DNA from: an uncultured Bacteroidales bacterium
GTDB lineage: Bacteria > Bacteroidota > Bacteroidia > Bacteroidales > FEN-979
Length of the DNA: 64,000 nt
Reading direction: 5' to 3'
NCBI GenBank assembly: GCA_903837605.1
Contig: CAILVF010000036.1
Location: 8,186 to 72,185 of the forward strand
Shown here: positions 46,235-55,820 of the stretch, in pieces
Position numbering within the stretch: the stretch's first letter is position 1
Layout: every line of letters begins with the position of its first letter
Program-made: the position numbers and the translations under genes
Notes under the pieces: generated by a model
The model's input: only the letters and a program-made list of their open reading frames with translations
Databases searched by the model: none
Told to the model about the DNA's origin: nothing

Positions 46235-48507
46235 TTCATTTCCCTCCTTTTTGCCGCAACCGCCAATTGCCCAAGGGCAATTCCACCGTCATTGGACGGT
46301 ACGGCAGCATGTGAAAATACCTCAAAATTATTATACATCAAAAGGGCAACAGCCCCTTCCAGCAGGTATTTGTTCTGGAAAACTCCCCCCGAAAGCACGA
46401 CCTTGTTGATCCCTTCGCGCAGGCGGATCCCGTTTACAGTTTCAAAGATAATGGAAGTTATAGTATTGTGGAACTTCGATGCGATAATTGATTTACCGAA
46501 GCCCTGAACGATATCGTCAACAATGCCGCGAAGAACTTCATCCATGACGATCACTTCTCCTGCCTTCCATTTGTATGTTTCTTTGCATCCGGGCACAACA
46601 AGTGACTCAAGCAGCATGGGCCCCTGTGAGGGGAAAGCGGCGACCTGGCATATCCCGAGAAGGGAGGCAACAGCATCAAAAAACCTTCCTGCACCTGAAG
46701 TCAGGGGGCAGTTGATCTTTCGCTCCATCATGCTGATCAGCATAGTTGCATTTTCAGCCTTGGTCTGGCGATGCAAGGGGAGGTCCATCTTCAGGAACTC
46801 TTTTCCATATACCTTGTACAGCCAGGAAACAGCCATCCTCCAGGGTTCTTCGCTTGCACTGTCGCCCCCTGGAAGCGGAAGGTATTCAAAATGGCATACC
46901 CTGTTGTATTCATTAAGGTTGCATACCAGGAATTCAGATCCCCATATGTTACCGTCATCACCCAAACCGGTTCCGTCGAATGCAACGCCTATTACCTTTT
47001 CGTCGAGCTTGTTCTCGGCCATGCAGGAGGTGATATGGGCGTGATGATGTTGTATGCTGATGACGGGCAGGTTCCCAAAACCCGCTGCCGTTCTGGTGGA
47101 AATATAATCGGGATGCAGGTCAACAGCCAGCAGGGCAGGTTTGACGCGGAAGAGCTTAATGAAACGGTCCAGTGTCTGCTCGTAGAACAAGGTTGTTTCC
47201 AGCCCCCTGAGGTCGCCGATATGCTGGCTGAGGAAGGCTTTGTTCCCCTTTCCCACGCAGAAACAATTCGAAAGTTCTGCCCCGAATGCCAGGATCCCTT
47301 CGGTGTCAAGTGCTGTGCGCACAGGTGAAGGCACATAGCCGCGTGAGCGCCTGAAGACCCTCTCCTTTCCGCTTATGATCCTGACCACCGAATCATCGGT
47401 GCGGTTGAAAATATCCCGGTTATGAAGCAGCACCGCATCGGTGCATGAAGCGAATTGTTGCAGGGCTTCCTCATTGCCGATAAGTATGGGCTCGCTGCTG
47501 AAGTTGCCGCTGGTTAATACTATGGCGGGGGTTTTGAGCTTTCTGAACAGCTGGTGATGAAAGGGCAGATAGGGAAGCATGATGCCAAGCAGGTTCAGGC
47601 CCGAATTAATATTTGAGGCAAGACGCTTGCCTCCCTCAGGTTCTTTAACATCCAGGAGTACTATGGGCCGCCTCCATGAAGTAAGCGAAGTTTCTTCGGT
47701 GGGGTTGATGTTAGCAAACTCACGGGCCGTCTCAAGGTCGCGGAACATAACTGCAAAGGGTTTTTCCTCCCGGTTCTTCAACACCCTAAGTTTCGAAACG
47801 GCTGCTTCGCTAAAGGCATCGCAGGCCAGGTGCATCCCGCCCAGTCCTTTTACTGCAACGATACCTGATCGGTCAATACAATCAGCCACAGTGTTAATTA
47901 TGTCATTGATCCCTGTTCCTGTGCGCTCAAGTCCCCTGTACAGCTCATACACGGGTCCGCAAACAGCACAGGCCACGGGTTGTGCATGGAAGCGGCGGTC
48001 GGTAACCTCTTCATATTCCTTCCTGCAGGCGGGGCACATTGTGAACGGAGCCATGGTGGATTTCGCCCTGTCGTAGGGCAGATCTCTGATTATCGTGAAA
48101 CGTGGTCCGCAGTTGGTACAATTTACAAAGGAATAATCCAGTCGGTTCCCTTCACGTTCAATATCTTCAAGGCATTCACTGCAAACCGCAATATCGGGGC
48201 TGATCTCGGTGATTTCATCCGAAACATCATTGCTTTTTAAGATCTGAAATCCCCTGAATTTTTCTGCTTTAGTTTCTTCGGTAATTATATTCTGAATGAT
48301 GGCAGCCGGGGGAGCCTCCTGAGACAGGGAATGCATGAACCCCTCAATATTCAAAAGATCCCCGCTGATACAAATACGAACATCCCGGTTGGTATTCAGG
48401 ACCCATCCTGCAAGGTTATGCCTGAGTGCGATACGGTAAATAAAAGGGCGGAATCCAACTCCCTGTACCAGGCCGGTGACGGTGATCAGAAGTGTTTGTT
48501 CAGGCAT
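46225..48507 (-). CDS. hypF: Carbamoyltransferase HypF
   Basis: 760 aa. Acylphosphatase-like N-terminus ('VTGLVQGVGFRPF'), two zinc-finger CxxC pairs ('CSEC','CTNCGPR','CPAC','CAVCGP'), and YrdC-like and Kae1-like regions. Confidence 0.93.
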   Translation of the reverse strand: MPEQTLLITVTGLVQGVGFRPFIYRIALRHNLAGWVLNTNRDVRICISGDLLNIEGFMHSLSQEAPPAAIIQNIITEETKAEKFRGFQILKSNDVSDEITEISPDIAVCSECLEDIEREGNRLDYSFVNCTNCGPRFTIIRDLPYDRAKSTMAPFTMCPACRKEYEEVTDRRFHAQPVACAVCGPVYELYRGLERTGTGINDIINTVADCIDRSGIVAVKGLGGMHLACDAFSEAAVSKLRVLKNREEKPFAVMFRDLETAREFANINPTEETSLTSWRRPIVLLDVKEPEGGKRLASNINSGLNLLGIMLPYLPFHHQLFRKLKTPAIVLTSGNFSSEPILIGNEEALQQFASCTDAVLLHNRDIFNRTDDSVVRIISGKERVFRRSRGYVPSPVRTALDTEGILAFGAELSNCFCVGKGNKAFLSQHIGDLRGLETTLFYEQTLDRFIKLFRVKPALLAVDLHPDYISTRTAAGFGNLPVISIQHHHAHITSCMAENKLDEKVIGVAFDGTGLGDDGNIWGSEFLVCNLNEYNRVCHFEYLPLPGGDSASEEPWRMAVSWLYKVYGKEFLKMDLPLHRQTKAENATMLISMMERKINCPLTSGAGRFFDAVASLLGICQVAAFPSQGPMLLESLVVPGCKETYKWKAGEVIVMDEVLRGIVDDIVQGFGKSIIASKFHNTITSIIFETVNGIRLREGINKVVLSGGVFQNKYLLEGAVALLMYNNFEVFSHAAVPSNDGGIALGQLAVAAKRREMKCV

Positions 48508-48573
48508 CCGGATAAATCATATTCAGAAATGTAAAATTATATATATTTATATTTTTTTTGACAAAATTCTTAT

Positions 48574-49302
48574 ATGCTGACATTCCTGACAGGCTTTATT
48601 GCCAGTATTGCCCATGTTGTTACAGGCCCCGATCATCTTGCAGCTGTCACTCCTCTTGCCATCGACAGCCGCAAAAAATCATGGATGATTGGATTTTCCT
48701 GGGGGTTGGGGCATACCATAGGGATGCTGCTGATAGGCTTGTTATTTATCCTTTTTAAGCAATACCTCCCAGTGGAAGCGATCTCGAAACACAGTGATAC
48801 CGTGATCGGGGTTTTGCTTATAGGAATTGGAAGCTGGGCCATCCTGAGGACTTACCTTCACCACTCCCATGGGAACCGGCCTCATTCGCATTTCCATACC
48901 AGGCCTTTTTTATATGCGCATATTCATAAACACACCCATTCACATGGTGAAGGCCACCAGGAAAGCCGCAACGGTGATCATGACCATCAGCATACGGGCA
49001 CTGTCAGGCAAAATGCTTTTACTGCTCTTTTTATCGGTATCATCCATGGTTTTGCGGGCTTCAGCCATTTGTTCGCCCTGCTGCCTTCCCTCGCACTCCC
49101 CACAGTCATTGCTTCAGTGATCTATGTTTCGGCATTTGCAGCAGGAACCATCCTTACCATGGTGTTGTTCGCCCTGATCCTTGGAGCAGTGGCTTATAAA
49201 GCTGCAGCAGAGAACAGGCAGAGATTTTTAAAGTGGTTTACTCTTACAGGGGGTTTCCTGGCGATCTGTATTGGGATTTTATGGCTCATCCACCCTGTTT
49301 GA
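48574..49302 (+). CDS. Putative nickel/cobalt permease (UreH/NiCoT/HupE-like) with His-rich central loop
   Basis: 242 aa, ~6 TM. TM1 signature 'HVVTGPDH' (H-x5-DH). The loop 'HHSHGNRPHSHFH..HIHKHTHSHGEGH..DHDHQH' is His-rich. Sits next to the hyp genes. The exact family is uncertain. Confidence 0.6.
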   Translation: MLTFLTGFIASIAHVVTGPDHLAAVTPLAIDSRKKSWMIGFSWGLGHTIGMLLIGLLFILFKQYLPVEAISKHSDTVIGVLLIGIGSWAILRTYLHHSHGNRPHSHFHTRPFLYAHIHKHTHSHGEGHQESRNGDHDHQHTGTVRQNAFTALFIGIIHGFAGFSHLFALLPSLALPTVIASVIYVSAFAAGTILTMVLFALILGAVAYKAAAENRQRFLKWFTLTGGFLAICIGILWLIHPV

Positions 49303-49363
49303 TAGTGGGTTACTGATGAAGCCTTCCCTTAAATCAAGGTCAATGACCTGAATAAACCTGGTG

Positions 49364-50554
49364 TTACAGTATGAATGCCAGGAAAAGTCCGGCGGTCACC
49401 GCGCTGCCTATGATCCCAGCAATATTCGGGGCCATTGCATGGCTGATGAGGTGGTTGGTTGAATCCTCTTTTTGTCCCATCTCATGTGCAATCCTTGCCG
49501 AATCGGGCACGGCAGCCACGCCGGCGGCGCCTATCAGCGGATTGATCTGGTTTTCTTTCTTAAGGAAAATGTTCATGACCTTGGCGAATATGATACCGCC
49601 TGCAGTTGCGACCATGAATGACAATGCGCCAAGCACGAAAATAAGTATGGATTCCCATTTCAGGAAGACATCCGCCTGGGTAGAAGCTCCAACGGTGATC
49701 CCGATAAGGATGACAAGGATGTCGATCATGACTGTTGAAACCGTACCGGCCAGTTGTTTGGTAAGGCCTGATTCTTTAAGGATGTTCCCGAAGAAGAACA
49801 TGCCGAGAAGGGGCAGAGAAGCCGGGGCAACAAAAGCAGTGAGGAGGAGGAATACAAGCGGGAAAGCGATCTTTTCATTGCGGCTCACGGTGCGCTGTGG
49901 CTTCATCCTGATAAGCCTTTCCTTTTTTGTTGTGAGGAGTTTCATGATGGGAGGCTGGATCACTGGAACCAGGGCCATATAAAGGTAGGCAGCGATGGCT
50001 ACAGGGCCGATAAGCCCCTGAACTTTTGCCGCCGCGGGCAGGTTGCCTAATCCGGCAGCAAGCTGTGAGGTCAGAAAGATAGCCGTGTTCCCGTCGGCCC
50101 CGCCGATGATGGCAATGGATGCAGAATGTGCAATCGGGAAACCGAGGATGATGGCTCCGAGAAAAGTCACCAGTATGCCTACCTGTGCCGCAGCCCCGAG
50201 GATGATGAGCTTCGGATTGGCGATCATGGGGGAAAGGTCGACCATTGCGCCAAGCCCTAGAAAGATAAGTGCCGGATATATGCCCTTCAGCACGCCAAAA
50301 AATAAGTAATGAAGGATGCTTCCTTCGGCATATATCCCGAGAGGATATGGGGTTGAATGCATGAAAGGGATGTTCCCGATCACGATACCTACGGCCAGTG
50401 GGATCAGCAATATGGGTTTGAGGTTGAATTTGATGGCAAGCACGATCAGCGATATACCCACCAGTATCATGATGCCGTTGTCCCAGTATAAATTTGAGAA
50501 CCCGGTATCGGCCCAGATGCCCTGGAACAAATTATTTATAAGGAGGAGTTTCAT
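49364..50554 (-). CDS. mmdB: Na+-translocating decarboxylase beta subunit (OadB/MmdB/GcdB family)
   Basis: 396 aa, polytopic. 'GIGADGNTAIF'-like 'IIGGADGNTAIF' and 'AAGVAAVPDSAR' are typical of the beta pump subunit. Confidence 0.88.
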   Translation of the reverse strand: MKLLLINNLFQGIWADTGFSNLYWDNGIMILVGISLIVLAIKFNLKPILLIPLAVGIVIGNIPFMHSTPYPLGIYAEGSILHYLFFGVLKGIYPALIFLGLGAMVDLSPMIANPKLIILGAAAQVGILVTFLGAIILGFPIAHSASIAIIGGADGNTAIFLTSQLAAGLGNLPAAAKVQGLIGPVAIAAYLYMALVPVIQPPIMKLLTTKKERLIRMKPQRTVSRNEKIAFPLVFLLLTAFVAPASLPLLGMFFFGNILKESGLTKQLAGTVSTVMIDILVILIGITVGASTQADVFLKWESILIFVLGALSFMVATAGGIIFAKVMNIFLKKENQINPLIGAAGVAAVPDSARIAHEMGQKEDSTNHLISHAMAPNIAGIIGSAVTAGLFLAFIL

Positions 50555-50566
50555 AGCTGTTCGCCT

Positions 50567-50998
50567 TTATTCTATTTCCACTAATACGTCGTTCTGGGCA
50601 ACTGTCTGTCCGGGTTTTACATTGACCAGCCTGATCGTGCCGTCTTTTTCCGACAGGACATTGTTCTCCATCTTCATGGCTTCCATCGTAAGCAGTTTCT
50701 GTCCCATGGCTACTTTGTCGCCCGGCTTGACAAGGACCGTGATGATGGTTCCCGGCAGGGGGGCTTTGATGGCCATATTGCTGGTCTGCGACTGTGTTTT
50801 CGGGATCCTTGCTTCCCTGGGGGATGGCTTGGGCGGCTCGGCGCGGACCAGGGTCGGCGTTTTCGTGAGTTTGAGTTCACGCTGTACTTCCACATTGTAT
50901 AGCGTTCCGTTCACTTCCACTTTGGCAGTGTTCTCTTCAAATCCGAGGATGTCAACCTCGTAATTGTTCCCGTTGATCGTGAATGAAAACTTTTTCAT
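50567..50998 (-). CDS. mmdC: Biotin carboxyl carrier protein of the decarboxylase
   Basis: 143 aa. Pro/Ala-rich linker and biotinylation motif 'EAMKMEN'. Confidence 0.9.
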   Translation of the reverse strand: MKKFSFTINGNNYEVDILGFEENTAKVEVNGTLYNVEVQRELKLTKTPTLVRAEPPKPSPREARIPKTQSQTSNMAIKAPLPGTIITVLVKPGDKVAMGQKLLTMEAMKMENNVLSEKDGTIRLVNVKPGQTVAQNDVLVEIE

Positions 50999-51034
50999 AT
51001 CGTGAATTCTATATTTTCAAATTTCGCTATTTCT

Positions 51035-51406
51035 CTACCAGTGTTTCATCACATTAAAAATGTTGTAGAACTTGGAACTCCAGGGGGAATATGTACGTGA
51101 CACCTTCTTTATGGTCATCACATATTTTTCCTGGTCGTGCAGCTCTGAAAAGAAAAGATAAAGGGCTGCTGCAATAGCCGCATTTTCCTCTCCCGTCATC
51201 ACCACTTTTAACGGAGCGGCCGCTGCAGGGGGTGTTTCCTTCTTCAGCCTCCTTGTCCTCATGTAGTCGCGGATTGCATGAAAGCGCACCATCAGGAAGG
51301 CCATGGCCGAAAGGGTTAGAAGTACGATGCAATACCCGAGTATGGTAAGGATGAGGGTCTGGCTGCCAATAAGCGTCGGATCGAATGCAATAAACAGGGT
51401 TCTCAT
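51035..51406 (-). CDS. Small membrane subunit (OadG/MmdD-like gamma/delta subunit)
   Basis: 123 aa. One N-terminal TM, an Ala/Pro linker and 'EENAAIAAALYLF', typical of OadG-family proteins. Lies between the alpha and BCCP genes. Confidence 0.65.
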   Translation of the reverse strand: MRTLFIAFDPTLIGSQTLILTILGYCIVLLTLSAMAFLMVRFHAIRDYMRTRRLKKETPPAAAAPLKVVMTGEENAAIAAALYLFFSELHDQEKYVMTIKKVSRTYSPWSSKFYNIFNVMKHW

Positions 51407-51420
51407 AAGGTTTGTGATGA

Positions 51421-52977
51421 TTACAAAGGAATATTGCTGTGTTTCTTAGGAGGAAGGGTGTCTTTCTTTGTCTGAAGGGTTTGCAGGGCCCTTATGATCC
51501 TGAACCTGGTGTTCCTTGGTTCGATCACATCGTCGATGAAGCCGTAACGTGCGGCATCGTATGGATTCGCGAACTTGTTCTTATATTCCAGCTCCTTCTC
51601 GTTCATGTATTTTACTTTTTCGCGGGGATCGGTGATCTCGCTGATCTTCTTGCCCTCGAGGATCTCGATTGCGCCTTTGGGGCCCATCACGGCGATCTCG
51701 GCGCTCGGCCAGGCATAATTGATGTCGGCACGCAGCTGTTTGCAGCCCATCACATCATGAGCCCCTCCGTATGATTTCCTGAGTGTGATAGTGATCTTGG
51801 GAACGGTTGCTTCGCCATAGGCAAACAGCAGCTTGGCCCCGTGGATGATGATACCTCCGTATTCCTGGAGGCTGCCGGGAAGGAAGCCGGGCACATCGAC
51901 CAGGGTAATGATGGGGATGTTGAATGCATCACAGAACCTTACGAACCTTGCTGCTTTGCGGGAGGCTTCTATATCGAGCACACCTGCCAGGTAATTGGGC
52001 TGGTTGGCCACAATACCGCAGGAAATGCCGTTGAACCTGGCAAAACCCACCACGATGTTCTTGGCATAGTGCTGGTGGACTTCCATGAACTCATGATCGT
52101 CGACTACAAGGTAGATCACGTCCTTTACATCATATGGCTGGTTTGGATTGGCCGGGATGATCTCGTTAAGTGCGTCTTCAATACGGTCGATGGGGTCAAG
52201 GCATTCGGCCTGGGGAGGGTCTTCAAGGTTGTTCTGGGGCAGGTATGATAAAAGCTTGCGGATCATCAGCAGTCCTTCGTCTTCATTCACGACCCTGAAA
52301 TGGGCCACACCCGACTTGGTCGAATGTACTGTTGCTCCGCCGAGGTCTTCGGTAGTGATATCTTCCCCTGTCACGGTCTTGGTCACCTTTGGCCCGGTCA
52401 CAAACATATAGCTGGTCTTTTCGCTCATGATCACGAAATCGGTAAGGGCGGGGGAGTAGACTGCCCCTCCGGCGCACGGACCAAAAATCGCCGAGATCTG
52501 GGGGACCACCCCTGAAGCGGCTATGTTCCGCATGAATATCTCGGCATAACCGGCCAGGCTGTTCACGCCTTCCTGTATACGGGCACCACCGCTGTCGTTG
52601 ATCCCGATCACCGGCGCACCGACCTTGATGGCCTGGTCCATGATCTTGCAGATCTTGCGGGCAAAGGTCTCCGATAAGGATCCCCCGAATACAGTGAAAT
52701 CCTGGGCAAAGACGAAAACAACCCTTCCGTCGATTGTCCCGCGGCCGGTAACAACCCCATCGCCCATGTAATGCTCGTTCTCAAGCCCGAAATCGGTGCA
52801 ACGATGTGTTACGAACATATCGTACTCCTCAAAACTGCCTTCGTCAAGAACCTTCTCTATCCTTTCCCTGGCAGTGAATTTACCTTTTTTATGCTGGGAT
52901 TTTATACGGTCTTCACCGCCCCCTTTCCTGGCTTCTTCGCGCTTGTTGAGTAACTCCTCAATTTGATTTTGTTTCAT
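51421..52977 (-). CDS. mmdA: Methylmalonyl-CoA decarboxylase alpha subunit / acyl-CoA carboxyltransferase (12S-type, PccB family)
   Basis: ~518 aa from '[10 protein letters not shown]'. 'GKFTARERI','[12 protein letters not shown]' and 'GGAYDVM'-like 'GGAHDVM' are carboxyl_trans motifs. ATG at 52977 chosen. Confidence 0.9.
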   Translation of the reverse strand: MKQNQIEELLNKREEARKGGGEDRIKSQHKKGKFTARERIEKVLDEGSFEEYDMFVTHRCTDFGLENEHYMGDGVVTGRGTIDGRVVFVFAQDFTVFGGSLSETFARKICKIMDQAIKVGAPVIGINDSGGARIQEGVNSLAGYAEIFMRNIAASGVVPQISAIFGPCAGGAVYSPALTDFVIMSEKTSYMFVTGPKVTKTVTGEDITTEDLGGATVHSTKSGVAHFRVVNEDEGLLMIRKLLSYLPQNNLEDPPQAECLDPIDRIEDALNEIIPANPNQPYDVKDVIYLVVDDHEFMEVHQHYAKNIVVGFARFNGISCGIVANQPNYLAGVLDIEASRKAARFVRFCDAFNIPIITLVDVPGFLPGSLQEYGGIIIHGAKLLFAYGEATVPKITITLRKSYGGAHDVMGCKQLRADINYAWPSAEIAVMGPKGAIEILEGKKISEITDPREKVKYMNEKELEYKNKFANPYDAARYGFIDDVIEPRNTRFRIIRALQTLQTKKDTLPPKKHSNIPL

Positions 52978-53122
52978 AAATAACAGTGTGAAAAAATTAA
53001 CAACACTAAAGGCCTGCAAGTTAGTGGAAATTTCGTTTCTTTATATAGTTCAGAGTTTAAAAACAAAAAAAATATTCCGGAAAAAGTTTTCTAATCATAA
53101 AAAGACCAATTATTTAAATGCT

Positions 53123-53130
53123 TAACTTTG
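53123..53130 (+). promoter_or_regulatory. Bacteroidota-type -7 box TAACTTTG
   Basis: TAnnTTTG match 44 nt upstream of the 53174 start. Confidence 0.45.
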
Positions 53131-53173
53131 CATTTGTTATTTTATTAACAGTAATTTTAACAACCTCTGAACC

Positions 53174-54910
53174 ATGTCTCGCCGAAAACTACTGATAAGG
53201 GATCTCACCCTCCGCGACGGACAGCAGTCCCTCTTTGCAACACGAATGACCCAGGAGCAGGTCGACAGGGTGCTCCCTTTCTATAAGGACGCCGGCTTTT
53301 ATGCCATGGAAGTATGGGGAGGCGCAGTCCCCGACAGCATTATGCGGTATCTTCATGAAAACCCCTGGACCAGGCTTGAAAAAATTAAGGAATCCATAGG
53401 AGATGTCTCCAAACTCACTGCCCTTTCGCGCGGCCGCAACCTCTTCGGCTACAATCCCTATCCCGATGAAGTGATAGAAGGCTTCAACCGCAATGCAGTT
53501 AAATCAGGCATTGGAATCATGAGGATTTTCGATGCCCTGAATGATGTCGATAACATGAAATCGACCATTAAATATGTAAAGGAAAGCGGTGGTATGGCCG
53601 ACTGTGCCATCAGTTTTACTGTAGATCCCAAGTTCAGCACAAGGCAGAAAGTAAGGTCCTGGATCCACCTCAAGGCGCTGCCGCATGATATTTTCACCAC
53701 TGATTATTTTATGGAAAAAGCCCGGCAGCTGGAAGCCCTCGGCGCCGATATGATCAGCATCAAGGATATGGCCGGGCTGATCCCCCCCATACAATCAGGC
53801 GAAATGATACGAAGGATGAAAGCCGAACTCCGCGTCCCCATCGATTTCCATACTCATTGCACCCCCGGCTACGGGCTCGCCTCGGTTCTCATGGCCATCA
53901 TCAACGGGGTGGATGTGGTTGATACCAGCATCTGGCATTTTGCAGGCGGACCGGCCGCACCGGCTTTTGAACTGATACAGATCTTCTGCGACAAGCTGGG
54001 GATTGATACGGGCGTTGACAGGATGGCTGTTAAAAAGATAGACAACGAACTTAAAGAGATCAGGGCCGAACTTAAGGAGTTTGACACTACTGCCTTCCCG
54101 AAGGAATTCGACATTACGAACTACAAGCTCTCCAAAGAGGTCAACCGCCTGTTTATACAGGCCATATACCTTGCAAAACATGATAAGGAACCCGAACTTC
54201 TCCAGGTTTGCCAGGAAATTGAAAAAACGTTCGGCTTCCCCGAACCTGATGAGGAAGTGAAAAGGGCAGAGATCCCTGGCGGTATGTACACTAATATGCT
54301 GGCCCAGCTAAAACAGCTTAAACTGGACCACCTGCTTCCCCGGGTTCTCGAACTTGTTCCCCTGGTCCGCATCAAATCGGGCTGCCCCCCATTGGTCACC
54401 CCAACATCCCAGATCGTAGGCGTTCAGGCGGTCAACTGTGTGATTGATGAAAACAAAGGACAGGCATTTTTCACCACGAAATCGATACAATTCGTAAACC
54501 TGGTCAAAGGCATGTACGGCAGAACGCCCATTCCCGTTGACCCCGATTTCAGGGAACTGCTTACCGGCGTCAGGGAGGAAACTCCTTACGATACGAAAAA
54601 CTACAGGAAACAGGAGAATACTGTTTTTGAGGATTATGGCGGATTACGACTGGCGGAGAACGAAAAGGATGAACTGCTGCTCGAGCTTTTCCCGACCGTG
54701 GCCCGCGATTTCCTGCAGAATTGCGTCGAGGATAAGTACACCACCAATATATGGGCTATTGAAGAAGAGAAGCGCCGCAAAGCCCGCGAGGCACGTGAAG
54801 CATACGACCGCCTGAGCCCGGAAGAAAAACAGAAACGCCTTATGGAAGGCCTTTACCACTGGTACGATGTGCAGGGTGAGGACGAAGAGGAAGCCCTGGG
54901 AAGATCGTAG
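53174..54910 (+). CDS. Oxaloacetate decarboxylase alpha / transcarboxylase 5S-type carboxyltransferase, without biotinyl domain
   Basis: 578 aa. 'IRDLTLRDGQQS' (HMGL-like TIM barrel). 'HTHCTPG' metal site. 'KDMAGL' (carbamylated-Lys region). PYC_OADA-like middle region. The C-terminus is a charged tail with no (A/V)MKM motif. Confidence 0.85.
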   Translation: MSRRKLLIRDLTLRDGQQSLFATRMTQEQVDRVLPFYKDAGFYAMEVWGGAVPDSIMRYLHENPWTRLEKIKESIGDVSKLTALSRGRNLFGYNPYPDEVIEGFNRNAVKSGIGIMRIFDALNDVDNMKSTIKYVKESGGMADCAISFTVDPKFSTRQKVRSWIHLKALPHDIFTTDYFMEKARQLEALGADMISIKDMAGLIPPIQSGEMIRRMKAELRVPIDFHTHCTPGYGLASVLMAIINGVDVVDTSIWHFAGGPAAPAFELIQIFCDKLGIDTGVDRMAVKKIDNELKEIRAELKEFDTTAFPKEFDITNYKLSKEVNRLFIQAIYLAKHDKEPELLQVCQEIEKTFGFPEPDEEVKRAEIPGGMYTNMLAQLKQLKLDHLLPRVLELVPLVRIKSGCPPLVTPTSQIVGVQAVNCVIDENKGQAFFTTKSIQFVNLVKGMYGRTPIPVDPDFRELLTGVREETPYDTKNYRKQENTVFEDYGGLRLAENEKDELLLELFPTVARDFLQNCVEDKYTTNIWAIEEEKRRKAREAREAYDRLSPEEKQKRLMEGLYHWYDVQGEDEEEALGRS

Positions 54911-54930
54911 ATTGCTCGCAGCTTACTTCG

Positions 54931-55737
54931 CTATTTCTTCGTAAGGCTTAACCGGTAATACTGCCAGCTGGAATAAATAGCTTTTATTGTCACCGTGGAT
55001 GAAGTGTCGACCACGAACTCGCTAAGCCCGATCGGATGCAGGGGGGTGGCCCAGTCGTAAGTATAGCCCAGCCTCGTCCATGGGTAGGCATTCGTTTTAC
55101 TGGTGTCATACTTGTTCAGTAGCTCATTCTGGAACCAGTCCCTGTGCTTCTGGCTTACCCAGGATGGAAAATAAAGGTCAGCCTCATGGTCGGTAACCTC
55201 GGGATCAGGAGTAGGGCGGAACAGGTTCCCGGGATATACCCAGTATTCAACAAAGAAGTTGTTTTTGGTGTTGGGCTGCATCCCCAGTACCTGGGCTATC
55301 CTGAGATGCAGCTGATTGCTGTCGGTAAACGAATTTTTTTTCATGAAATCCAGCATCTCAGGGGCAGTGGTTATCCAGGAATTGTAAGCCGGGTTGTTGC
55401 TTGTTTTGATTGTTTTTCCAACAGGCCAGAACTGGGTTGAAGTCTGTTTCATCCATGAGACCACGAGAACCCTCGGCCTGCCAAGGGAATCTTTCGACCA
55501 CACCATGTTGCCCTGCCCGGCTGAACTGTCGGCATAATAGACCACGGCGATAAGGTTGCGCGAGATCTCCCATGGTTCCGCATATTTCGCATCCATTACA
55601 GCAAGCTTGTACCGTTTCATCAGGGCTGCAGTATCGGTACCGGCCGGGGTGTAAGGGGTATATTCCGTCTTTTTACAGGCCGAAACAAAAAGGATGGAAA
55701 TGATAAGCGTGGCTGAAAATAGGTTCAACTTTTTCAT
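54931..55737 (-). CDS. Hypothetical lipoprotein
   Basis: Lipobox 'LFVSAC'. 268 aa, Trp/Tyr-rich. No motif recognised. Confidence 0.55.
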   Translation of the reverse strand: MKKLNLFSATLIISILFVSACKKTEYTPYTPAGTDTAALMKRYKLAVMDAKYAEPWEISRNLIAVVYYADSSAGQGNMVWSKDSLGRPRVLVVSWMKQTSTQFWPVGKTIKTSNNPAYNSWITTAPEMLDFMKKNSFTDSNQLHLRIAQVLGMQPNTKNNFFVEYWVYPGNLFRPTPDPEVTDHEADLYFPSWVSQKHRDWFQNELLNKYDTSKTNAYPWTRLGYTYDWATPLHPIGLSEFVVDTSSTVTIKAIYSSWQYYRLSLTKK

Positions 55738-55820
55738 ATCAGGGAATTTTAATGCAAGTTACTGAATTCTCAAACCGGAACCAATAGCTGAAACCCTGTT
55801 TAACAATCCTGTAAAAACAT

